A stretch of DNA of 64,000 bases, taken from NCBI RefSeq assembly GCF_037042905.1, contig NC_087251.1, forward strand, positions 20,028,001-20,092,000. Direction: 5' to 3'. Both the position numbers and the translations under genes were made by a program. The notes under the pieces are model-generated. The model searched no databases, had not been told where the DNA came from, and worked only from the letters and a program-made list of their open reading frames with translations. Below are positions 12,731 to 24,645 of this stretch, piece after piece. The stretch comes from Lytechinus pictus. Its lineage: Eukaryota. Each line of letters begins with the position of its first letter. Position 1 is the stretch's first letter.

Positions 12731-12780
12731 CGGTCTAGTAATATATTATAAGGTCTTTGGGCCAGGCGCTCCCGATCCAG
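12725..12780 (+). other. Probable non-coding first exon of the orphan gene (start approximate)
   Basis: CpG-rich segment ending CCAG|GTGAGT; intron 12781-14121. Confidence 0.55.
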
Positions 12781-14205
12781 GTGAGTGCGGTGACTGTGAA
12801 GCGCTAACGTAGGTTAGGATGGGGCCGGGGATGGGTGTCGGAGTCTCGGACATTTAAATTAAAAAAAAAAATTAAAAGCCTTCTTTTCTATTTTGTCTTT
12901 GGATGACACTAAAACAGGGGCCGCGGAACGGTTTTCAAAGACAAAGGGGGGGGGGGGGGGGCTGACCATGCAAAAAATCGCAATCCTAGGCTAAGTAAAA
13001 TTCCTATGCCTGTGGTCATTTTTACATTTTTGTAACTCATTTTTGTTACACGGTTTGGGAAAAAAAGTGTGGGAGGGGGGCTGAAGCTTCTGCGGCCCCT
13101 GTAAAACATGGTCTAGATGTAACGTTCTAGATCTAGAGATCTAGAAATCTATCCAATTTTAAATTTAATCATCTTCACAAAGACTTCAGTTTTGTGCTAG
13201 GGGCCGCCAGGGCCTACCCAAACAGGAATAACCGTCGTTTCTGGGGATGAGTGGAGCCAACGCACTTCAGCGGAACAACCAAATACAGAGACTGAAGCTT
13301 TTGGTCTAGGGCCTAGCCTAGGCCTGGACCTAGGCCAGGGGCCTAGACCTGAGTCCTTAGCCTAGGCTAGGTCTAGTCTAGATCTAGAGTCTACAGGCCT
13401 AGTATTGGCTAACATTAACGTTTTAACGTTAGAAATTGATACTAAAATACTAGTCACATTAGTCTGCTTTTAATGTTAATTTTTCCTAAGATCTTAGCCT
13501 AACCGTTTGGCGTTAGGCCTGGCCCTAACGTTAGATCCTAAGTCCTAACTTTTAACGTTAGCCCTAATGGACCAATAATGTAATGGCATGCCATGGCTGT
13601 TGTTAGAAAATTGATTCATTGTCTGGACACGACAACTGCCGAACTGGGTAGCCTAACGTTAGTGTGGTCCAGTCAATGATCATGATTGATGTGTGACTAT
13701 CTAGGGCCTAGAATTCTAGACCTAATTTCAGGCATTTAAATCTAGACCTACATGTAGTCTAGATCTAATCAAACTAGATCTAAAAGTCTAGACCCGGATT
13801 CTAGATCTATATATCTAGATCTAGACCCGGATTCTAGCTACACTAATTTTTCTACCAAGCAATATTTTATCTAGATGTAGATCTAGACCTTATAATATCC
13901 ACTTCCAAAATACATTCCAGGGTAACATTTCTTCATGGACTTGTCCTAATGGATTAATAAATGAAACATGAACCATTTTGAATTCTAATACTGAAATATA
14001 GGAAGTAACACTATCTTCTACATCAAGATTTGTGAGGAATTGTATATTTTTGTCATACATATATATGTTTGTGGTATCAGAGACTATATTGTATGAAGCT
14101 CCTTGTTTCTTTCCTTTCCAGCATACCACATTATTCTCATCGGTGAGGAAACTACTGATAGAGACTAGAGGGATTGTGAAATCAACAGAGCATTTCACCA
14201 TAGCG

Positions 14206-15033
14206 ATGGCAGGTCCAGGTGAGATTTATTCTGTTCCAGATTTGTATTGCTTTGAAGATTTGCCAGATTTTGAGCATGAGACAAATAGCCACCTTTATGA
14301 TGACTCAACATCTACTAAAGATAGCCGTGCCAATCTGAGCATGGATTCAGCTTTACAATGTGCCGTCTGTTCTAGTGTTCTTTGCAATGATCGTCAAAGC
14401 GAATCATCTACTCAACTACCAAGCACCCCTTGCTCACAATGGGATCCAAATGGCAATGTAAGTTACCATGATGTCTGGTGTGATGATGATTCTTGGAAGT
14501 TTTCATCCAGTGAACAAGAGGATTCTCAGGTCACCCAGAGCAGCACGTTGTCTTCAAGTACACCTTCATGTGCAGGAGAACCGCATGCTGCTACAGATAT
14601 TGAAGGTGCCCTACACCAAGTTGAAAGTAGTGGTGGAAGTCTTCATGATGTAGCTGAATCAGAAAGTGTGTCATCTGAAAACCTTGCTGAAATGTCTGAT
14701 GAAGATATATTTGCTGTAAGCCCTTCTGTCACTCAAGTTTCGTGGCCTGATAGATTTGATATTGAAGATTTTGCTACATGGGAGTTGTCTCAGATGAGCT
14801 CACTATCCAGTCAGTCAAGTGCACCAGCAGATGAACTTGAAGACTCTCAACTAGTCCCAAATCTGCAGACAATCCTGCAGAATCACAGGCATTCCCCTGG
14901 TGATCAGGTAGCTACTGCAGTAGAAATAGAGGGCAATACAGAAAATGAAGATAGGCAGAGAAATCAGCTCATCTTTAATTCAACATGTGCAGCCACAGAA
15001 CAGGTTGTACCAGACTGGCACACAGAAGAATGA
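14206..15033 (+). CDS. Unrecognised 275-aa acidic, Ser-rich, probably disordered protein (single coding exon)
   Basis: Longest uninterrupted ORF in the window. gcgATGG Kozak at 14206; strong acceptor ttctttcctttccag|14122; matching upstream donor ccag|gtgagt at 12780/12781. The ORF-track start at 14032 lies in the intron. Confidence 0.72.
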   Translation: MAGPGEIYSVPDLYCFEDLPDFEHETNSHLYDDSTSTKDSRANLSMDSALQCAVCSSVLCNDRQSESSTQLPSTPCSQWDPNGNVSYHDVWCDDDSWKFSSSEQEDSQVTQSSTLSSSTPSCAGEPHAATDIEGALHQVESSGGSLHDVAESESVSSENLAEMSDEDIFAVSPSVTQVSWPDRFDIEDFATWELSQMSSLSSQSSAPADELEDSQLVPNLQTILQNHRHSPGDQVATAVEIEGNTENEDRQRNQLIFNSTCAATEQVVPDWHTEE

Positions 15034-16914
15034 TTTCACTTTAATCAATCCTTGTATAAAAAAAAAGAAAAAAAAAAAGAAGAAGAATAGTATGTTGGTA
15101 TGAAAACACAGTACACGTGACCACGTGTGAATGATGTGATAAGCAGAATCGACTATGGCAAAGGTGTTTGATTAAGAGTTATATGGTATTCTGGTAATAA
15201 ATAGATAAGCTAATAGTAATACCAATAAGTTACTTTAACTTACTACTGGAGTATTGCACCAAAAAGCACTCTACAGTCAGGGACAGCATCAGAGCATTCG
15301 GGGGGGGGGGGGGACCAATGTTCCTTAAGTTGATCGACTCAATTTTTTCTTTCAAAATAAAGGGGGGGGGGGAATATAAGTATTGTAGTTTTATGTCCCC
15401 AGGTCACCATTTTCAACTTAAATTTCAAGATTTTGCCTATTGTAATTCATGTTTTTGCTCAGTTTGAAAAAAAAATGAATAGATTTTGTGGAAGGATTAT
15501 AAATTTATCCACTACAGAATATACTTTTATGTACATGGTACTCATTCATTTATAAACTTGAATGAAATTTATGTTGATTTTACATGTTATGAAAATTATA
15601 TGTACACTGTATCTGTGTTGTTCAGTCCATGTATAAAAACTCATTTACAAGTTGAGTTGTGATATATGGGACAGTCTTATTTCATATTCAGTATCTCAAT
15701 CAAATCTTATTCTTGATCTGCTAATGGACAATTTTTGAAGAAAGCTATTACAAGTTAATAATATTGATTTATCCTTTATTTGAAAGTCCAAGATACGAGA
15801 GCCCGTTCTCATGTTTTCAATGTCACTTATTCAATCTTTTCATTGGTTTATATGATAAATTTTGATTTACATGTACAGGGGCGGTGCCATGGGGGTGTTT
15901 AAGTAGTGAGAAAGTGGTCAAAAGTAGAACAAAAAAGAGGGAGAAAAGGGGAAAAAGATGGAAGTAGGGTATTACAATTAAAGGTTTGGCTACATACATT
16001 AATTCGATATACTAGCTTCCCCTAAAATTCAAATAATGAAATATGACGTCACATTCAGGGTGTCTCCCCCTCCCCACGATCAATATATCCTAAACATTTG
16101 GTTCCTTTGTTGTATATATTATCTAAAATCTTTTAAAAATGAATAACGGGTACATCGCAAGATATTTTCACTATTTCTCTGTATAACTCGACCATCGAAA
16201 ATAAAAATGTTTGAAGGCTCGTTAATCAAAATTAATCCAAATTCTAGTTTTAAAACAGTTGTAATGTTTCTAGAACTCTTGGCTTGTAGGCTCATGCCAA
16301 ATTTTGATGTGCATTCCTGCAATGTATTTTTCACTATTATATATATCTGAACTATTTTGTAAAATTAGTCTAATGTCTGGGCTGCCTCCCTAAATACTGG
16401 TATAGATTTATCATTTCGAAGTTTCATTTTTCTGAATCACGCAAATTAAAAATCCGAAAATAAGAAAAAGTGTTTGTTATCAATCTGAACATTTGGGTCA
16501 TTGTCACCCCCCCCCCCATGGTTCGTTAGTCCGAAGGGTTTATAGTCTGAACTATACGAATCTTATTCCATTTTCAGACGCTCAAGCCTTTGAAATAACA
16601 AACATTTCGTTTTCGGATTAATGAATATTATTCCGCTCTCGGAATAATAAACTTTTTGGAATTTTGAACGTTATTTCATTGTCATAATGCCAAGGTTAGG
16701 ATTAATGAACTTTCGGAATAGTAAAATGTATAACCTCAATTCCTCGGATAAAGTTATTCCATTTTGTATCTCCTATTGTTTATGCCAATTTATATAGTTC
16801 AAGCTAGGATTGTTTTGCATATGTTTTTGACGTGTTCAATGTGATATGTTTTTGTAGTGATACACCTCTTGCAAGGAAACGATATTCTAAATGGATGCTG
16901 TATGTGTATATAGG

Positions 16915-17448
16915 TTAAAAGGCCAAGTCCACCTCATACATCAATTTAAATTTAAAAAAAAATCAATCAATCAAACCTAAGAATTTCATGAAGATCGGAT
17001 GTAAAATTTTAAATTTGAAAGTTTTGATAAAGTCTTGCTTATTTTCACAAAACAATTCAATATGAGGGAATCTGACGTGGCTCCCTATTTATTTTGTGTA
17101 AAGCTTTCAATTTTCCTCCTACCTTTCAGTATGTTATGTATGAATAATTGACTCCTTCGTTAATGCGTGAAATCGCCATTGTGGCCTAATGATGACTCAA
17201 TCAAAAGCTTCTTTTTCATCAAATTACATAAATTGATAAATACTGTATTTTATGCATAATAGAAAAATACAAAAATAGTATGTGATGTCATCTCAAATTC
17301 GCTTATCGCCAGTAATAACTTTACGGAATTATCAAGCTAAACTTAAATAAAATATTCATGATCTAATTTTACATCCGATTTTGATGAAATCGTGCTTGTG
17401 TAATCCTCTATATTTGTCAAATTTTGGTTTGGGTGAACTTGGCCTTAA
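16915..17448. mobile_element. Kolobok-like MITE
   Basis: TTAA flanks; TIR AGGCCAAGTCCACC / GGTGAACTTGGCCT. Confidence 0.65.
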
Positions 17449-17679
17449 CGAGAAATATGTATATGATGCAGATAACTATGCACAGTGTGTCCCCACTTTA
17501 AGTGTGTGTTTATTAATATCAATAATATGTTGAATTTTTGCTCATCGTTTGACAATTTATTGTTTCATTATTAAATTCTATTTTAAACAAAATGATTTGT
17601 ATTATACATGTATCATTGTTGTAAGTCCTAGAAATAACGGGAAGCACTGATTCTCTACCAAGTGTATTGATTTCATTAT

Positions 17680-18018
17680 TTAAAGGTGAAGTCCACCTCA
17701 GAAAATTTTTGATTAAAACGAATAGAGAAAAATCGGACAAGCATACGCTGAATAATTCATCAAAATCGAATGTGAAATAAAAATAAAAGTTGCAATGTAT
17801 GACATGCAAATGAGAAATTTGATGATGTCCCTCATTATTATTTTTTAATTGTTTAAATTATACACTATTACCTGATTGTGTCTGTTTTGTGAAATTAAGC
17901 GACGCTTTGAAATGTCATAGCTTTCTTATTTTACATCAATTTTGATAAAATTTTCAGTGTTGGATTTTTCTCTTTTTATTCAATTCTACTTTTTGTTGGG
18001 GGTGGACTTGTTCTTTAA
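17680..18018. mobile_element. Kolobok-like MITE
   Basis: TTAA-AGGTGAAGTCCACCTC ... GGGGTGGACTTGTTCT-TTAA. Confidence 0.65.
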
Positions 18019-18036
18019 TTCAAATCAAATAAGATA

Positions 18037-18150
18037 AGATGATGATGATGCTAATAAAATGATGATGATGATGACAATTATGATAACACTGAACATAATA
18101 TGATAATAATACTAGTAATAATAATGATAATAATAATAGTAATAATAATT
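18037..18150. repeat. (TGA)n/(TAA)n microsatellite
   Basis: Visible directly. Confidence 0.9.
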
Positions 18151-18670
18151 ACCATAATTATTACATGACAGAGTGGATTTATTGAATGCACATAATACGA
18201 CATGCACATTTTTTTGTTCGTAAATCATGGATCCGCTCCTAAACATTCTCGGGAGGGGGGATCCTTAATCAACAGTGAAGCATACAGGTTTTATGAAAGC
18301 AGTATGCAGATATCAAATTATATGAAAATACATCACAAAATATAAACAGGAAGTCCACCCCTGCATAAGAAATTTATGTGAATGAAAAGAGAAAAACGAG
18401 CATGACGCTGCGGGAAATGTCATCGAAATCTGATATTTGTGATAACTTTCTCATTGTAATGTTAAAGCAATGATCGACCCCCACCCTCTCTCTTTCTTAA
18501 TATGTTGGAATTACCATTGCTGTAACATGATTCAATGAAGAGTTCCTTCTATTAATATTGTCAAATCTGCAAAGTCAAAATGTTGTATAATTCATATAAT
18601 AAATAAAACGGACATTTTACAGAGCACTTAATAAAAAATAGGATTGGACCCTTTCACTGAAGGCTGACAT

Positions 18671-19014
18671 CACTAGCGTACCTACGGGGGGGGGGGGCAC
18701 TCTGCCCCCCCTGACGAACAACAACCCATACAAAAGACATATACCTGCCCCCCCTGACGAGCTTAAAAGACTTTTTTTTTTTTTTTTTTTTTTTTTGCTT
18801 GTCAAATTTTTTTCTGGTACGAAAACCTATATTTTTTAATTGAAGACCTTTTTTTTTTTTTTTTTTTTTTTTTGCTTGTCAAATTTTTTTCTGGTACGAA
18901 AACCTAAAAAAAAATTTTAAGACCTTTTTTTTTTTTTTTTTTTTTTTTGCTTGTCAAATTTTTTTTGGGCGGCCGATTTTGCCCCCCCTGTGGAAAATCC
19001 TAGGTACGCCACTG
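18671..19014. mobile_element. hAT-like MITE with exact 8-bp TSD
   Basis: TSD GCTGACAT at 18663-18670 and 19015-19022; termini CACTAGCGTACCTA / TAGGTACGCCACTG; three internal AAGAC-polyT-GCTTGTCAAAT repeats; same family as 6481-6748. Confidence 0.85.
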
Positions 19015-19786
19015 GCTGACATCACTGTGTGCTTTTAAACTGTTTTAAGTAAAGTAAGTGAATTTTAAAATGTCATACTTTCTTATTTTAACTACGATGA
19101 AATTTTCAGCGCTATGTGTTTAGATTTTCATGGACTACCCTTCAAGAAGTTTCTGGATATTGGTTTTGTGACGTCACATGCTTGCAACTCCCATATTTTT
19201 CATACAATTTAAATTCCACTACTTGCCAACCTCACTTGGTTCATTCTGGTATATTCGTGATTAAATATTCCAGTTATAATTTGTTAATAAACCATAAATG
19301 CCAGTTTTCGTATTGAATCCATGCACAGACTGGCTGACCAGTGGTTACCTGGTTGTTGCCCCCCCCCCCAAAAAAAAAAAAATGAAAAAAATGAAAAAAA
19401 ACCAAGGTGGTATTTGGGGAATTGCAATAGGCCTAATCATGTTTTTCAACGTCATCATGGACATTCATCAAATTTTCTTAATCTGATACCGACTTGACCT
19501 CCAAGTTTCAGGCGAAATTTGTCATAGAATTTATGTTGTATAATTTATAATCGTAGGTTTATAGAGTTTATTTATTTTGCAATCAATTCATTCATTTATA
19601 AATTTTAAATCAAATTTTGTGGGGGAGACTCCAATATTGCAATCAATATTCCTCATTAAGAAATTTTCAAAGAACTATAAAACGAAATTGAACTAGCCTG
19701 CAGTGGCGTAGCCAGGATTTTTTTTCCTGGGGTCCTTGCTTTTTAATGGGGGGGGGGCAACAATTTTTTTATGTGTATGTATGTGA

Positions 19787-22264
19787 CAGGGGCGGATCCA
19801 GCTTTCGTCAATTGCAACTTTCGCCAATAGGGGGGGGGGGCGATTTTTTTTCACCCATATTTTCCCCGATATGCCGCTCAAAGTTGATTTTTGTTTGTTT
19901 CTTTAATCTCATCAGCCCTATTTATTTTTTGGGGTAATTTCATGTATTTTGTCCTGAAAATTTAACATTCTGTGCAATGATTGTGATCCTGAACAAGATG
20001 CGTATGTATAGTTTAATAAACTTTCTGGCCTTAAAGTCGAAAAGGGACCTGCAAGGACTGTTTGCAGTTACCCATGAAGACGATACATATTTCAATAATT
20101 AAACAATTATTGAGATTTTAGACCTAAAAACGGGACACTCTGTTCATGTTTTGTAAATCATTAGTAGGATGGGTAATTGGGTATTCTCCTATTCGATTTT
20201 GTATCACTTTATTTTAATATTCATAAAGGATCAGATGACAAATAAAACAATTACATAGTAGTTTACAAACATAATTAACAAAGGAAGTAAAAGTAGCCCA
20301 GGTCCTGGCTTATCACTGCCGAGGCACGACATACAGTATAGAACATAATTCAAGATAGAAAAGAGAACAGAGTAATGTATCATAGCAAAGATCTTGGTTG
20401 CGATTAATCTCGTAATAAATTCTTATATTCTATATAGTCAAAATAAATAAATCATGTAAACATATGAACAAGCGAATTACTATTATTGATACACAATAGT
20501 TATTAATTTTATTGGTATTATACATGCCTTTGGTCTTTATCATCGTCGTCATTAATATTGTTTATTTGTATAACTGCTTTTTATTGATATTTTACTAGGC
20601 CTATATTGTTATCATTGTTAATCATTAGTGTTTTATTTTTATTTTTTTTATTATCATATTATTATTATAACTATTATAAATATTATAATAATGCGAGCGT
20701 GAAACAATAATTGATATTCTGATCTGAAACTGGATAATTTAAGCACGATTTAAATAAACGTTTTAAAGCACGTTTTAAATAAAGAAAAGATGTGTATCTC
20801 ATTAAACATGCGTGCGCGTGTTTAGATTTAGTCCTAGAATCGGCGGGGCATTCTGAATAGGCCTACATTTTTTTTTATTCATGAAGATCAATAATGCGAG
20901 CTCGAAGCGCAAGCTGAAAACAATCGATATTCCGATCTGAAAAAGGGCCAAATTAAGCATTTATTTCAAGCACTGTAGGAACATTGTGAAGAGGATGTGG
21001 ATCACACTTAATTAGTAAATGATACGAGCGCGCGAAGCGCGAGTGATAGTTTTTCATTATCATTTTGACCTAGGACCGGGACATTCTAAGGACATTTTGT
21101 GGCCCATGGAGCGTTGTGGTCCAGTGGACGGTCTCCGGACTTTGAAACAGAGGGTCGTGGGATCGAATCCAAGCCATGTTGTAATTTCCTTCGGCAAGAA
21201 ATTCATTCACATTGTGCTGCACTCGACGAGGTGAGGTGAATGGATATATGAACGCTCTATATAGCGCCTATTAATATGGCGGCTCAGCTATACAGCCGAA
21301 AATACCAAGTATCAAAGCGCAGTTGAATATACACATAGTAACTGCGCTATATAAATGGACATATTATTTTTGTCATCATATGAAAATGATGACTATCTTC
21401 ATATTATTCCTTAGCGCGAAATGAAACTTGTCGATATTCCATTCTAAAAAAAAATATCTTCTTGTTTATTAATCTAATATGCTTATAAGAGCGTGGAGTT
21501 CGTTCAATATAATTATTTAAGGTCAAGTCCACCCCAGGAAAAGGCTGACTTGAACAAATAGAGAAAAATAAAACTAGCATAGTGCTGAAAATTTCATCAA
21601 AATCGGACGTAAAATAAGAAAGTTATGACGTTTTAAAGTTTCGTTTTTTGGCCTGAAATCTCAATTTTGTTTCCGCTCGCGCCTGTAAGTAGCTTGTTAT
21701 AGAATTGATAGAGGTATACAATAACTCACCAATTAAAATGCGAGCGCGCAGCGCCAGCTGATAGGCCTACGTTTGAATCACACCTGAAAAAGGATATTTT
21801 GAGAACTTTATCATGGAATACACAAAGACAATAGGAACTCAAATTGTTGATATTTTGGCCATAAAACGGACATTTTACAGAGCACTTAACAAATTTGTAA
21901 ATAAAAAAAAAAAATGAAAGCTCGATGTCCGCGCGAGCTGAAATATGTTTTGTAAAATTGACATCAAAACTTCATATTTTAAGCTCCATATCAGCCTATT
22001 GAACAAGATATGAATCTCATCGAACAGGCAATGCAAGCGCAAAGCGCGAGTGAAAATTTTATATAGTGACATGAAAGTTTTTTTCTTGCAAGTCTTCACC
22101 TCACCTTATTTTATTCACTCGTTTTTATCTTTTTTCCTCCTCTCCCTTTTCCCTTCCTTTTCTTTTTTTTTGCCCCACCCCTTTTTTTTTTTTTTTTGCT
22201 TTGGCCGCCAATAGAGAGGGAGGGGGCGGCCCCTCGGGGCCCCCTTCCACTGGATCCTCATATG
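19787..22264. mobile_element. Long non-autonomous element built from GCGAGCGCGAAGCGCGAGC-containing subrepeats (related copies at 1-410 and ~4120-5100)
   Basis: Starts CAGGGGCGGATCCAG, ends CTGGATCCTCATATG; repeated aatgcgagcgcgaagcgcgagc and agacctaaaaacgggac units; hosts a SINE and a MITE fragment. Confidence 0.6.
21108..21370 (+). mobile_element. tRNA-derived SINE
   Basis: A-box-like TGGTCCAGTGG, B-box-like GGATCGAATCC; body similar to the 62016 copy; GCGCTATATAAAT and (ATT) tail. Confidence 0.8.
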
Positions 22265-23053
22265 GCATGCATTTTGCATATCGTGATTGTTATGATTTTC
22301 CAGTTTTAAATCTGTGCTCTCATTGTCAGAGAAATACATGTATGTATAACACCGTTTAAGCAGTGTAACTTAGGCCCTACCAGTTGGTTTTTTTCAGCAG
22401 AATATTTTTTTCAGGAGGGGAACCGCACCTGGGGGTGGGCCGGGGGCACACCAACGCCCCTGCAGGCCTCGTAGGCCTTGCTTGTTACGTCATGATTTGT
22501 ATTTCCTCGTCGTGATAGGCCCTACTATAAAAGGTGGAAAATGCGAATTGGAAGCCCCGGCTATTACAACCTTAAAATCTTTTTTTTTTTTTTACTTGGG
22601 ACTTATATAATGTGCCTGTAAATGTTCCTGGCATTATTAGGGACATGAAATTTTACAAACACAACTTGCACGCGCAGATATTTCCAGCAGGAGTATATTG
22701 TTAATGGTTATTCCGAGATTAATATGGAGGTCACGCTTCGCATTCCCGTGACCCTAAAAATAGCCATCACTATCTGATATATGGTTATTGTTTTGTTTCC
22801 TTGACCATGCTGTGTACTTGTATGGAACTAAAGCGAGCGAGCGAGCTCTCGGTGTACAACAAAACCGGGGGTGTCCATCTCAAATGAATATCGTGACTAT
22901 ATTATATATTGGATTGCCTCCTTCAATTCCCCTCACTCTCGTTCTATTCGTTCCTCTCAGTTCTCTCTAATCGTTGAGCTCCGAATCTGGTGCATGTGGG
23001 ATGTACAGCCTTTTCACTCGCAAATTTAGGTTGACCGAAGTTAATAAAGACAG

Positions 23054-23607
23054 CCCGGGGGGGCCACTTACATTGACGAGTGGATACCATGCGCGACCAA
23101 AAAAACACGTAAAAAGGATGTCTTTTTCAAGATAGGGCACGTTACGTACGTAACGTGATAAGGGTGTCAAAAACACAAAAATAATGAAAAAAGGGTATCT
23201 CATTTCGTTAGGAAAGCTACGTGTTTAGGGTCAAATTTGCGGGGATGATAAAACAAAATTAAAATGTTTTATAAAGGATGTCCTTTTTGCTCCAACACTA
23301 CGTGTTTAGAGTCCGATTTGCGCGACGTGTGGACTAGGTAGGGCCGTTCTAAACCAAGTGATGTGTAAAAGTAACCGACGACCGACGGACCCGTGACATA
23401 TCGCTGTGCTTGTTTAGGGGTTCATTTCAGGGAATACTTGTCAAGAGTATCGTATTGTTTCCAATATTTGTTAAGGGTAGGGTTTCACACGCCAATACTT
23501 GTTAAGGGGTGTATTTTCAGAATATGGAAAATACGTGTTTAGGGTGCTTTTCGAGACCCCATGGTCGCGCATGGTATCCACTCGTCATTGGAAGTGGCCC
23601 CCCCGGG
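23054..23607. mobile_element. Intact 554-bp MITE with ~45-bp TIRs and exact 8-bp TSD
   Basis: CCCGGGGGGGCCACTT..TTGACGAGTGGATACCATGCGCGACCA and its inverted copy at the 3' end; TSD AAAGACAG at 23046-23053 and 23608-23615. Confidence 0.92.
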
Positions 23608-24506
23608 AAAGACAGGGCGAAGATTGTATTTATCGAAGGCAATAGGCCTAATTGGATACTTCACGCTTGAGTCCTGGGGCACTGATGGGGGCTATAGCAT
23701 ATAGTTTTTAGGTTTATATAACTCTATGGGGCTAGAGTACCTCTGAGGTCTGATCACTGGCTTCACCGCACACTATTGGATTGCCTATACCCGGTGCCTA
23801 TACAATTAATACAGGGCCATGCAGGGTCGCGGAACCTGGTGCGGTGGGGGGGGGGGGGCTTTAAAAATGTACGCCCAACCAGCATGCACTTTTAAACATG
23901 TAGGCCCTGCATAAAACGTTTAAAAAAATAAAAATAATAATCTGACTGTGATTGTACGGTCAGCCCTCCCTGAATTTCAAACTCGTTCCGCGGCCCTTAT
24001 TACAATATGAAAAGAACACATTAAATTTCATTGTTTGCATCCAGTACGTTACATTTGGTTTTATTGTTGTAGATTACGCTAGTTAGTGTCCCTTAGAGCA
24101 CCCGGAGAATACCTTATTTGCTGCAACACTCACCTCGTTAAAGGGGGTGTGACTCCCCCCCCCCCCCCCCCCCCCCTCGGGCGAACCGGGTTTTACACGA
24201 GGGTTAGGGCATATCATACACAGGCAGGAAACATAGGAAGGGAACCCCTGTGAAAAAATCGCACAAGCTATGTGCATGTGTGGTATACGTAGTGAAGACG
24301 AACCGCACTGCAACGTACGCACGAGTGCCGTGTGTGTGCACGTAATAGACAAAGCGTTGCAAAGAACGAATCGGAGCTGTACGCCGACTCTCGAGCCCCA
24401 GCCAGCGTTTCCGAGCATTAAATTTACTCTTTTTAAAATCGTAAAATTTCAAAGTTTAATCAGGGGCGTTACATGTGGGTTGTATTGGACGGATTTCTAA
24501 ATCAAT

Positions 24507-24645
24507 ATGGGGGTAGTAGACAAGAATAGCAATTCCAGCTCTGAACATAATCATCGTTCTAATGGATCGAATTCCGGGGGTGCCAACTCTAATGGCCATC
24601 CATCAGAGGAAAGCGGGACCAGCAGCTCTGGAGAAGATGATAATG
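24507..24645 (+). CDS. RCOR3: RCOR exon 1 (MGVVDKNS...GEDDN)
   Basis: ATG at 24507, Ser/Gly/Asn-rich N-terminus, donor G|gtaggt; phase fits exon 2. Confidence 0.88.

Noticed and set aside
14032..14205. N-terminal 58 aa of the 333-aa ORF-track call
   Set aside because: It starts at GTG inside the intron and crosses the 14121 acceptor; the ATG at 14206 has the better context
15053..15090. A-rich tract after the orphan ORF as evidence of a processed pseudogene
   Set aside because: No TSD seen, the ORF is intact, a 5'-UTR intron and promoter are present, and A-tracts are ubiquitous here; a retrogene origin cannot be excluded
21108..21180. tRNA gene (also 62016-62055)
   Set aside because: The box motifs continue into a shared SINE body and AT-rich tail; no complete cloverleaf
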